A model generated the notes under the pieces. That model was not told the DNA's origin. It saw nothing but the letters and a program-made list of their open reading frames with translations, and made no database searches. This document shows, piece after piece, positions 1 to 8,041 of a DNA stretch of 64,000 nucleotides. Position numbers and translations under genes: made by a program. Position 1 is the stretch's first letter; each line of letters opens with the position of its first letter. The DNA is from a virus (lineage: Duplodnaviria > Caudoviricetes), in the IMG/VR virus record IMGVR_UViG_3300033067_001302, positions 18,596-82,595 of that record. One strand, 5' to 3'.

Positions 1-901
1 TTGGGAAATACTTGATCCTGAGCTTTCCAAGGATTCCGGCGTTGTCGGCGTAGTATTTCTTGATCTCATCCATACGCTCCGCACAATCCAAGGAGTCAAT
101 TCCAAGGAGGTGAGAGTCATAGCGAACTCCAACAGCACGCTCAGCAAGCTCAAAGGTGAAGTGAAGGACGTTCTTTCCTTGAGTCAATGCCTGCGCACCA
201 ACGTGGGTAAGCCAGTGGCTCTTTCCCACGCCAGTTGGGGCAATCACGACATTCAACTCGCCAGAGCCAGTTCCTCCATTGAGAATCTTCTTGGCGTCCA
301 ACGAAGGGCCGTCAATCATATCCCAATTGGAGGAGCGAACACAAATGTTCGTCCTGATCGTGTTGCGAAAGGTAACAGAGTACCTCGCATCAATGTCGTC
401 TTCCAGAGACAGAGCTGGAGCGGTTGCTTGTCCCGAAGAAATAGCCTTCTTGATGATCTCCAGGGAGAGTTCGTACTTATCTTCCGACTTTGCAAGCTCA
501 GCGCACTGAAGAAGGGCACTTGCAAAGGAACGGTGGCGGCAGAATGCCATTGCCGTTTCCTTGACGTACTGCAAGTCACCGTAGTCCTTCTTGATCTTGG
601 TGTTCTTGATGACCCCAATCACCTGCTCAGCCAAGGCAGGGTCATTCACGACCTTGAGTTCGTCCCTCATCACTGTGATGAACAGGTCCAGGGACGGAAA
701 CTCCTTGTACGCCCTGTAGTACGAGAGGTATTTGCTTGCCATCGTACGGAGGTAGGCATACTCGAAATACTCGACATCAAGGATCTCTGCCGCTTGGGCC
801 GCCCAAACCCGATCCGTCAAGAGAGCCTGAACGATCTTCTCCTGAAAAGCACGGTCGAACTTGGCAAATGAGTTCCTGTTGTCTTCACTTGTGGTGGACA
901 T
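1..901 (-). CDS. Replicative DNA helicase (DnaB / T4 gp41-like), 3' end runs off the window
   Basis: Not in the ORF track. Manual translation from ATG at 901 (SD AAGGAG) gives MSTTSEDNRNSFAKFDRAFQEKIVQALL...ILNGGTGSGELNVVIAPTGVGKSHWLTHVG...VLHFTFEL, i.e. Walker A APTGVGKS plus the DnaB H1a motif, with no stop before position 1. Confidence 0.88.
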   Translation of the reverse strand, partial: MSTTSEDNRNSFAKFDRAFQEKIVQALLTDRVWAAQAAEILDVEYFEYAYLRTMASKYLSYYRAYKEFPSLDLFITVMRDELKVVNDPALAEQVIGVIKNTKIKKDYGDLQYVKETAMAFCRHRSFASALLQCAELAKSEDKYELSLEIIKKAISSGQATAPALSLEDDIDARYSVTFRNTIRTNICVRSSNWDMIDGPSLDAKKILNGGTGSGELNVVIAPTGVGKSHWLTHVGAQALTQGKNVLHFTFELAERAVGVRYDSHLLGIDSLDCAERMDEIKKYYADNAGILGKLRIKYFP

Positions 902-1080
902 TCAATTCTCCTTGGTCATTCCAACCCTCTTGAAAGGTAGGGGCTGGAAGAGTTAGCTTACATCAGCAAGATTTGGGATTTACCGCTCTGTTCACTTGGT
1001 TGCGTTTTTTAACATCGGCGAGAAGCGGCACTCACTGCCATCGGTAAGAGGTAAGTACCTCTCGAGCTGGTGAACTTCCT

Positions 1081-2130
1081 TTATCCGATATTCGAATTTT
1101 GAACCGAGTGGATCAATGCCACTTGCATGTCATAAACAAGGGCATCGTAGTTGATGCTGCTCACAATCTTGGAATTCAGCAGGGATTTGATGAATTCCAT
1201 CTTGTTGCAGGTGGGAGAGAAGTTCTCTACAGCGAAGTCAATCTTCTTCATCTGCTCGTAGGACATAGTCGACTCTGTGAGAAACATCAGTTGCCAGTTC
1301 CTCCAAATCATGTCCCCGCAGGAAGCGACGGAACCGTAAGCCTTGAGGGCCTTCTTTTCCATTGACTTGGTCTTGGCAACCTCAACAAGCTCCTGGACGC
1401 TTCGGTCTTTCTCGTTGTCCAGGAGTTCAGGGAAGAGTTTCAAAGCCGTCTTGAAACCAAGTCCTGGGACTCCAGGGATGTTGTCCGAGTCGTCTCCTGT
1501 AAGAGTCCTTACCAAGGCATAGTTCCGAGCCGGGATGTTCACAAATTCATCCTTCCCAACCTTCACCTTCACGATGGGACCACCATGGAGTGATTTGTCC
1601 GCAGGGTTGTAGAGTTGAACATTTGGATCATCCAGGAGTTGGTAGAAATCCCTGTCGGAGGACACAATGACTTTCATTGCGTCGACCGATTTCAGCTTGT
1701 TTTGGATCAGGTAGGCGATCACATCGTCGCATTCGGTATCTGCAACGTAAAGTTGACACACAGGGAGGTGCTTGAGAGCAGCCACAAGGTTCTTGGTCTG
1801 CGTCAACTTGTTCTCCTTGTCGTCCTTGATCCACTTCTTCGAAGGGACTCCATTGGGAGGAAGACCAATGGCCTTGAACTCCGAGCTCACCTTCATCCGG
1901 TTGGCTTTGTACTCAGGGAAAATCTTCCTTCTCCTGGGACATCCCCCGCCTTGCTCCCAAACGACGTATAGGCGCACTGGGTTGAACTGTTGGGTGAGAG
2001 AGTGCAGAGCCTTGATGAACCCAACAACTCCCCCGCATGGGTCCCCTACGGTCGTTACGGCGTCATTCGCCATGAAGTGCCTCACGAAGATGTTCATAGA
2101 ATCGACTATTAAGATTGGCCTTTCGTTCAT
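1081..2130 (-). CDS. 5'-3' exonuclease / flap endonuclease (T4 RNase H, PolI N-terminal-like)
   Basis: LIVDSMN.F.R, TECDDVIA, VSSDRDFYQL and the H3TH motif LTGDDSDNIPGVPGLGFKTA. Likely start is the ATG at 2130, overlapping the upstream stop (TAATG). Confidence 0.88.
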   Translation of the reverse strand: MNERPILIVDSMNIFVRHFMANDAVTTVGDPCGGVVGFIKALHSLTQQFNPVRLYVVWEQGGGCPRRRKIFPEYKANRMKVSSEFKAIGLPPNGVPSKKWIKDDKENKLTQTKNLVAALKHLPVCQLYVADTECDDVIAYLIQNKLKSVDAMKVIVSSDRDFYQLLDDPNVQLYNPADKSLHGGPIVKVKVGKDEFVNIPARNYALVRTLTGDDSDNIPGVPGLGFKTALKLFPELLDNEKDRSVQELVEVAKTKSMEKKALKAYGSVASCGDMIWRNWQLMFLTESTMSYEQMKKIDFAVENFSPTCNKMEFIKSLLNSKIVSSINYDALVYDMQVALIHSVQNSNIG

Positions 2131-2798
2131 TAATTTACCTTCTTTGCAAAAGTGTCTGTCTTGCGATGGCAGTCGTCGCATAGAGTTCGTCCATTGTCAA
2201 ACTCCCACAACTCACAGCATTCCAAAGCATCCTCCAATGTTTTCACTGAATTCTCCTTGAGAATCAAGGCGAACTGTTTAATGTGGTCCGCATTAAGAGT
2301 TCCACCCCGATGATTGCAGAACTTGCAGGTGTAGTTGTCTCGTTCAAACACCTTCTTCCTCCAGTCTTGCATTTTCACACAATCACGAATTTGCTTGTAA
2401 AGAGGAGATTTTCGTTGCTCGGGCGGCAACCATCGAGGGTGATTTGGTCCAATGTACTTGCCACCCCACATACCATTTTTCGCAACAGACATCCTGCGCT
2501 TGGTTTCTTCGGAGAAGACAATACCTTTTCGCTTTTCACTCATCAAAGCCGCATGTTCTGGGCGCACTTTACCAAAAAATGGATGATTTACTCCACTTTT
2601 GGCTTTTGCTTGCTTTTCCTTTGTTCGAGCAGTATGCTTCGTTGATAAACGAGCTTCAATTCCTGCCTTTTGAATCATATTGCACACAGTTTGTGCAGAA
2701 CAGCCAAAGTGATGTGCAATCTCCTTCATTGACCACTGCTCGTCGATATACAGCCGACGCAGCTCTGGTTCTGGAATTATGATTCGCTTCTTCGCCAT
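2130..2798 (-). CDS. HNH homing endonuclease with N-terminal HTH and NUMOD3-like repeats
   Basis: CKFC...LNADHIKQF...DNGRTLCDDCH; NHPFFGK and FSEETKRRMS (NUMOD3-like); N-terminal WSMKEIAHHFGCSAQTV HTH. Confidence 0.78.
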   Translation of the reverse strand: MAKKRIIIPEPELRRLYIDEQWSMKEIAHHFGCSAQTVCNMIQKAGIEARLSTKHTARTKEKQAKAKSGVNHPFFGKVRPEHAALMSEKRKGIVFSEETKRRMSVAKNGMWGGKYIGPNHPRWLPPEQRKSPLYKQIRDCVKMQDWRKKVFERDNYTCKFCNHRGGTLNADHIKQFALILKENSVKTLEDALECCELWEFDNGRTLCDDCHRKTDTFAKKVN

Positions 2799-2907
2799 TG
2801 CACTAACTATGCTCTGACGAAGAGGTTGTATCCATCAATGATAAGGATTGGTCGTTCTTGCATGGAGTTACCTATGCAAGAACTCTCTCACATCTCGCGG
2901 TATTTTT

Positions 2908-3411
2908 TTACCGACCCGTCGAACCAAATCCACCATCCCCACGGGAGGTGTCTTCGACTTCTTCGACTTCAGTCAAGTTAACAGTCCCGATGGAGCTGCG
3001 CGTGGCAATCACCTGGATCACAACCTGAGCAATGCGGTCTCCAGCCTTGAAGGCAATCGGGCATGGATCAAGGTAGTAGCCACCCCAAGAGTCCCTTTCC
3101 AACTTTGGGGGATTGCCATTGTGGAGCAAAACTCCAATCTCTCCTCGGTACGTCTGGTCCACAATGCCACCGATTGGGAAAACTCCCTTCTTGGCAAGAC
3201 CGCTTCGACCGAGGATTTGAAGGAAAACATCCTTGAGTTGGGTGTTTGAGACCGAGGCAAGTTTCAAGCCGGTTTTCACCAACAGGGTTTCCCCGGCCTT
3301 CAACTCAAAATCCTCGACGCAATAGAGGTCAAAACCCGCATCCCCAGGGTTGGCTTGGGTTGGGAGCTGAGCGCTTGGGTGGACCTTCTTGAAGCTGATG
3401 TTAATGCTCAT
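2908..3411 (-). CDS. dut: dUTPase (trimeric type)
   Basis: All five motifs are present: GDAGFDL, GRSGLA, GIVDQTYRGEIGV, GDRIAQ, RGDGGFGSTG. Confidence 0.95.
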   Translation of the reverse strand: MSINISFKKVHPSAQLPTQANPGDAGFDLYCVEDFELKAGETLLVKTGLKLASVSNTQLKDVFLQILGRSGLAKKGVFPIGGIVDQTYRGEIGVLLHNGNPPKLERDSWGGYYLDPCPIAFKAGDRIAQVVIQVIATRSSIGTVNLTEVEEVEDTSRGDGGFGSTGR

Positions 3412-4634
3412 TCGTCGTCTTCCTGCTTTCGCATTTCCTCGTAGGAGTTGGCGTCAACACCCTTGAACGATGGATGCTGGGTATCCTCTCCAGCAACAAG
3501 GGCAGTGGCGCAGAGAGCGTCAACATACTCCTTGTACTCGGGGACATTCAACACCGAAGAACGGAAATCGTCCTTGTAGAACTTCACCTCATGGATAATC
3601 TCTCCGTCCGAGGCATTCACAACGGAGAAGGTCTTCCAGGCTTGAGCGCCTTCAATCTTCAAGCGCTTCCCGTTGTAGATCACGGGGCCGTTAGCCTCAC
3701 AGAACTGCCTGAGAGAGTCAAAGAGTGGCCCATCGTCAACAACTCCCTTTCCGAAGAGGATCGAGAGCTCAGCGGCACGGAAAGGTGGGGCAACCTTGTT
3801 CTTGATGACCTTCACCTCGACGTTGATGCCGTAAACCTTATCCTTTTCTCCCTTGATAGGCTGACCCGTCATCACACGAAGTCGAACAGAGCAAGCGTAG
3901 GGGATGGCAGAGCCACCTGGAGTCGTGGTTGGGTCACCGTACATGACGCCAATCTTCATGCGCTGCTGGTTGATGATCAAGAGAACCACCTTCTCGCTGG
4001 CAATGATATTGCTGATCTTCCGCATACCCTTGGAGAGCACACGGGCCTGGAGACCGATGGAGTTATCTGTGTACTCTCCTTCAAGCTCGGCCTTTGGGGA
4101 GGTGGCAGCAACAGAGTCCCAAATGATCAACATTGGAACGTTCTTGTTGAGGGCACGAGACTTGAGAATGGCCATTTCAATGAACTTGAAGACCTCCTCC
4201 GTGCAGTTGTTCTGAATGAACACGAAGTTCTTCTTCACGTCCAATCCAAGCGACCGGAGGTTCTCAGGAGAGGTTGCATTTTCCGTGTCGATGTAGACCA
4301 CAATACCGCCCATTTCTTGGCAGCTCTTTGCAGCCTGGAATGCAAGGTGGCTCTTTCCACAAGATGGAGGGCCTTGGATCTCAATAATCCTTCCTTCTGG
4401 GAAACCACCACCAGGGCGGTTCGAGATGGCATAGTCCAAGAGGACAGAGCCGGTGCTCACCCAACGCTTGATGTTCGTTGGTGCGGAAACATCACCGAGA
4501 TTCCAAGCAACTTGCTCCTTTGCCTCTCGGTTGATCTGCTTGATCAATTCCGAGGAGTAATCATCGGCGTTGTCCATTGTTGTTGCGGCTGCGGTTGCTG
4601 GAGTCGATTCTTTCACTGTCTTTGCTTTTGCCAT
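3408..4634 (-). CDS. recA: RecA / UvsX recombinase
   Basis: STGSVLLDYAI, GRIIEIQGPPSCGKS (Walker A), IIWDSVAA (Walker B), GLQARVLSKGMRK, INQQRMKIGVMYGDPTTTPGG, KNKVAPPFR. Confidence 0.94.
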   Translation of the reverse strand: MAKAKTVKESTPATAAATTMDNADDYSSELIKQINREAKEQVAWNLGDVSAPTNIKRWVSTGSVLLDYAISNRPGGGFPEGRIIEIQGPPSCGKSHLAFQAAKSCQEMGGIVVYIDTENATSPENLRSLGLDVKKNFVFIQNNCTEEVFKFIEMAILKSRALNKNVPMLIIWDSVAATSPKAELEGEYTDNSIGLQARVLSKGMRKISNIIASEKVVLLIINQQRMKIGVMYGDPTTTPGGSAIPYACSVRLRVMTGQPIKGEKDKVYGINVEVKVIKNKVAPPFRAAELSILFGKGVVDDGPLFDSLRQFCEANGPVIYNGKRLKIEGAQAWKTFSVVNASDGEIIHEVKFYKDDFRSSVLNVPEYKEYVDALCATALVAGEDTQHPSFKGVDANSYEEMRKQEDDE

Positions 4635-4692
4635 TGCTTTGCTTCCTTGATTCTGTGAGCTAATTTCTGGTCGGAACGAATACTTGAATTGC

Positions 4693-5019
4693 CTATTCGT
4701 CCACTTGTTCGCAAAAAACCAGGGTAACCGAGGACGGCGTGGCCTTCCACTTCCAACGAGCCGTGATCATTCCCTTGATCAAGGTTGCCTTCTTCACCAT
4801 ATCGGCAAAGCTGCTCCCATCCATCAAGTAGAAGCCATTTGTTGTAAGGTCCTTCAGATAGAACCTCTCGGCGTTGTAGCTGAGCACACCCATGCTGGCC
4901 TGAAAGGAATGCTCCGAGAGAGCGTGCTCCCGGACAACCTTCTTCTCAAAGCCCGATGGAATGGAGGCGTAGAAAATGCCGTCGACTGTCTCGAAAATCT
5001 TGCTTGGTTTGCTTGACAT
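4693..5019 (-). CDS. Hypothetical protein
   Basis: 108-aa ORF in the operon direction, SD-like AGGGGA upstream. Confidence 0.6.
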   Translation of the reverse strand: MSSKPSKIFETVDGIFYASIPSGFEKKVVREHALSEHSFQASMGVLSYNAERFYLKDLTTNGFYLMDGSSFADMVKKATLIKGMITARWKWKATPSSVTLVFCEQVDE

Positions 5020-5038
5020 TTCTTTCCCCTAGAATGCC

Positions 5039-5076
5039 AAAAACCCCCACCAGTTTTCACCGATGAGGGTTTTTTT
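5039..5076 (-). terminator. Rho-independent terminator after ssb
   Basis: Minus strand AAAAACCCTCATCGG-TGAAAA-CTGGTGGGGGTTTTT: a G-U-containing stem with a U tail. Confidence 0.75.
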
Positions 5077-5092
5077 CTGCCTTTTTTCTGTA

Positions 5093-5908
5093 TCAGAGGC
5101 CGTTGAACTGATCCTCAACCGACTTCAGGGCTTCATCGTCAGAGCCAACTTCTGCGTCGGCAGTTCCAGCGATGCTTCCTGCATCAATGTCGAGGTACTT
5201 GCGGAGCATCTGAGCAAGCTCGTCGTAGCCCTTGACTTGCTTCTTGAAGATTTCAGCAAAGTTCGGCACGGTGGCAACCAGCTTGTCAATCTCCTCTTGC
5301 GTTGCAGCAAGCTTCGAGGTCTTGCCACCAGGACGAACGTCAACGTCGTTCACAGGGTACGACTTGCCGGTTGTCTCATTCGTAAACGTCTTTCCGCTTG
5401 GGGAAACCGTCAACTTGAAGTCACGACCAACCATTGGGTCGTTGAGCTGCTCCTCAGCGTACTCCTCATCAAGGAAGTTCGCATAGAACTTCTTGCAGAG
5501 ATTGCGGCTCACCTCGTAAACCTGTACACCCTTCTCCTTCTCCTCACGAACGAGGATTGGAGCGTAGAAGCGAGGCTGAGGAAGGAGACCACGGATCGTG
5601 TTCCAGGCGTTCTTGTTTCCGCGATCCTTGTTGAGCTCGACAACAAGCTCTGCAACGGGATCGGGAAGACCGAACTGAGCAGGGGCAACAAGACGGAAAG
5701 GGCTCAACTTCTTGTTGTCGTAGTAGTTCAACTCGAAGAACGGCTGTCCGTCAAAGCTCGTTGGCATGCAACGGATGTTGAAAGTGCGTGCCTTTCCATC
5801 CTCGGTCAAGGTTGGCTTCCAAAACGGAAGCGAGGGACCCGCCTTCTTCTTCTTTTCACCGGAGAGCTCAGCGAACTTTTCTGCGAGTGCCTTGATGTTG
5901 ATTGTCAT
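5093..5908 (-). CDS. Single-stranded DNA-binding protein (T4 gp32-like)
   Basis: FWKP...NIRCMP...PDPV.E.V.EL...PRFYAPILVR, GRDFKLT, acidic C-terminal tail; lies in the replication block. Confidence 0.75.
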   Translation of the reverse strand: MTINIKALAEKFAELSGEKKKKAGPSLPFWKPTLTEDGKARTFNIRCMPTSFDGQPFFELNYYDNKKLSPFRLVAPAQFGLPDPVAELVVELNKDRGNKNAWNTIRGLLPQPRFYAPILVREEKEKGVQVYEVSRNLCKKFYANFLDEEYAEEQLNDPMVGRDFKLTVSPSGKTFTNETTGKSYPVNDVDVRPGGKTSKLAATQEEIDKLVATVPNFAEIFKKQVKGYDELAQMLRKYLDIDAGSIAGTADAEVGSDDEALKSVEDQFNGL

Positions 5909-5909
5909 T

Positions 5910-5975
5910 TTGGGTTTTTCCTTTGGGTTTTACTTGGGTTGTGATTGGGTTGAAACTTGGGTTTTACTATTGGGA
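5910..5975 (-). repeat. Five perfect and one partial AACCCAA repeats in the ssb leader
   Basis: Plus-strand TTGGGTT at 5910, 5923, 5934, 5945 and 5957, partial TTGGGA at 5970; spacing 11-13 nt. Confidence 0.9.
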
Positions 5976-6075
5976 CAGCCGTTTTGCTGTCTTTCTAAGT
6001 ATGGCCCAGGAGGGGTGAACTGTTAACCGCCGTGTACGATTTATCTCCAGTGAATTCGCACACTTATACGATTTT

Positions 6076-6705
6076 TCAAAGGGTGACCTTACTCTTGTCA
6101 CGACCTTGGTGACAGGAGATTCCGATAGCTTGACGGAGCATGACAGCGAGGGTTGGCTCGTTGGTCATGGGCATATCAGGGTCGCGATTTGCTTGATCAA
6201 AGTTGTAGATCGCTGTGAACTCACCTTCGCTCAGCACAGCACCGGCTGCTTGAAGCTTGAAGAGGGAGAGCTGCGATACCTTCGTCGAACTGAATACAGG
6301 ATTGACCTCGTAGAAGATACCACGAGAGGCATGCCAGTCGGAATTTTTTGGAAGGTAATACTCGATGCCATCCTTCCCAGCTTTTCCGACATCATGGAAA
6401 AGGGAAACCACCACCATTTCCTCAATTGAAAGCTTGGTCTCAAAGCTCTTGTTCAGGATACTCATGTTCTTGAGCACCTTGAGGGAGTGCTCGACAAGTC
6501 CACCAGGGAAAGCTCCATGGTACTCTCGCCTTGTGGATGCAGGAGCCAACACAAGCTCCGGGGTATCCCCAAGGACTCTGAGAAGAGCTTCCTTTTTCTG
6601 AGATGAGGACTTAACGTTGTCGGCGACGAACTTCTCAAGCTTCTGGAAGTTGCTTACCGCTTTGTCGAACTCTGGTGTTGTCATGTCCGACAAGATAGCT
6701 GGCAA
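6076..6705 (-). CDS. HD-domain phosphohydrolase
   Basis: YHGAFPGGLVEHSLKV ... LFHDVGK, the H...HD pattern. Confidence 0.78.
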   Translation of the reverse strand: MPAILSDMTTPEFDKAVSNFQKLEKFVADNVKSSSQKKEALLRVLGDTPELVLAPASTRREYHGAFPGGLVEHSLKVLKNMSILNKSFETKLSIEEMVVVSLFHDVGKAGKDGIEYYLPKNSDWHASRGIFYEVNPVFSSTKVSQLSLFKLQAAGAVLSEGEFTAIYNFDQANRDPDMPMTNEPTLAVMLRQAIGISCHQGRDKSKVTL

Positions 6706-6730
6706 GAAACTTCGATTTAACCGCTAGAAG

Positions 6731-8002
6731 CTAAAATCGTTCGGCCTTGAGAGGAAAGGTAAAGCCTGGGAAGAGGGGGATACCCTGAGAGCCAACTTTG
6801 CAAAGCTCGGGAAGCCTATCCTCCGCTTCCTCGTGTACGTCGAGCACAATCGAGTCGATCACAAGGAACAAGGGAATGATCATTGTATCCCCTTCAAGGG
6901 CTTCCAGGACCCTCTTGAAGCCGTAGAGAGCTACGTCCACAGCAGTGCTCTGGATGAAGTAGTTCAGGAGCATGTAGTCCTCGGCCTCTCTCGTGTCGAC
7001 ATGACGACCAAAGTGACTCTTGATGAAGGTACGACCGGAAGCTTCATTCTCTTCCTTCAAGCGTTGACGCATTTTTTGCAACCCAAAAAAGTCATCGAGG
7101 AGCTCAATCAACCCATCGGCATCCCTAACTGAGTCCAGCTTGGAAACAACCGTCTCACGGCTTGCTCCGTAGAGCTGACTCAGGACAACTTCCTTCACTG
7201 TGTTCCTCGGGATTTCGGAAATACCCAATTTCTTGGAAATATGAGCATACAGGTCTTCCACAACTGTAGGTGAAGGTGCGAGTGGAGGATAACCAAGAAG
7301 AGAAGAAGAAGGGGGAATAGTAATAGTAGTAGAAGGATCTCCACCAAGAGCCAGGGCAACCCAGGGTTCAAGGGAGCGGTAGTCCAAGGAGATAATCTTC
7401 CCCTTCCTTCCGAACCTTGAGGTAAGCAGGGAACGCTTGTCCTTGGGGAGCGACAAAATCTTTGGACCAGAGACAACCTTGGTTCGTCCGGTCTTTGTTT
7501 CTCTTGAATAGACCACATCCTGAGCGAACCCAAGCTGGTCGGGTTCAAAGGACCGAATGATCTGAGTGGCGTGCTTGTCCTCCCCGAACACCTTCCAAGC
7601 TACCGGATCAATCTTTGCCGGTTGCAGGTGATCAAATACCTCCGAGGTAGCCTTGACGTGTGTCAGGTAATACTCCAAGTCCAGGGAAGAGAAGTTGTCG
7701 ATGAGGTAGTCCCCCAACTCTCTCAGAGCCCCCAGGAAGACCGACTGAGGCATTGTAAGAGCCCAAGGTACCCTTGACACCTCCTGACCAGCCAAAGCCG
7801 TTTGAAGGGCCTTCTTGTGCGAAGCAGGTGGGAACTCTGGAGAGGTCAACCCATGAAGGTGAGCGATCTCCTCGAACTGCTGTGTCCCATAGACCAAGGG
7901 CGTATCGGGGAGCTCCTTGACTTTCAGGATTTTCCGTGTATCAGATTGGCATACAAGGTGTTGAGAGAACCCAACGGCATCTTTGTGGATGTAAATGTCC
8001 AT
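6731..8002 (-). CDS. Family A DNA polymerase, polymerase domain only (no exonuclease domains)
   Basis: TKTGR, motif A LDYRSLEP, motif B RNTVKEVVLSQLYG, NYFIQSTAVD, motif C variant LVIDSIVLDV. Confidence 0.75.
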   Translation of the reverse strand: MDIYIHKDAVGFSQHLVCQSDTRKILKVKELPDTPLVYGTQQFEEIAHLHGLTSPEFPPASHKKALQTALAGQEVSRVPWALTMPQSVFLGALRELGDYLIDNFSSLDLEYYLTHVKATSEVFDHLQPAKIDPVAWKVFGEDKHATQIIRSFEPDQLGFAQDVVYSRETKTGRTKVVSGPKILSLPKDKRSLLTSRFGRKGKIISLDYRSLEPWVALALGGDPSTTITIPPSSSLLGYPPLAPSPTVVEDLYAHISKKLGISEIPRNTVKEVVLSQLYGASRETVVSKLDSVRDADGLIELLDDFFGLQKMRQRLKEENEASGRTFIKSHFGRHVDTREAEDYMLLNYFIQSTAVDVALYGFKRVLEALEGDTMIIPLFLVIDSIVLDVHEEAEDRLPELCKVGSQGIPLFPGFTFPLKAERF

Positions 8003-8041
8003 CCTGAGATGGTAACACAGGACTCAACTAGAATCCAGGGC

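Noticed and set aside
5910-5975. Possible mini-CRISPR array
   Set aside because: The repeats are only 7 nt with 4-6 nt spacers, and there are no cas genes.
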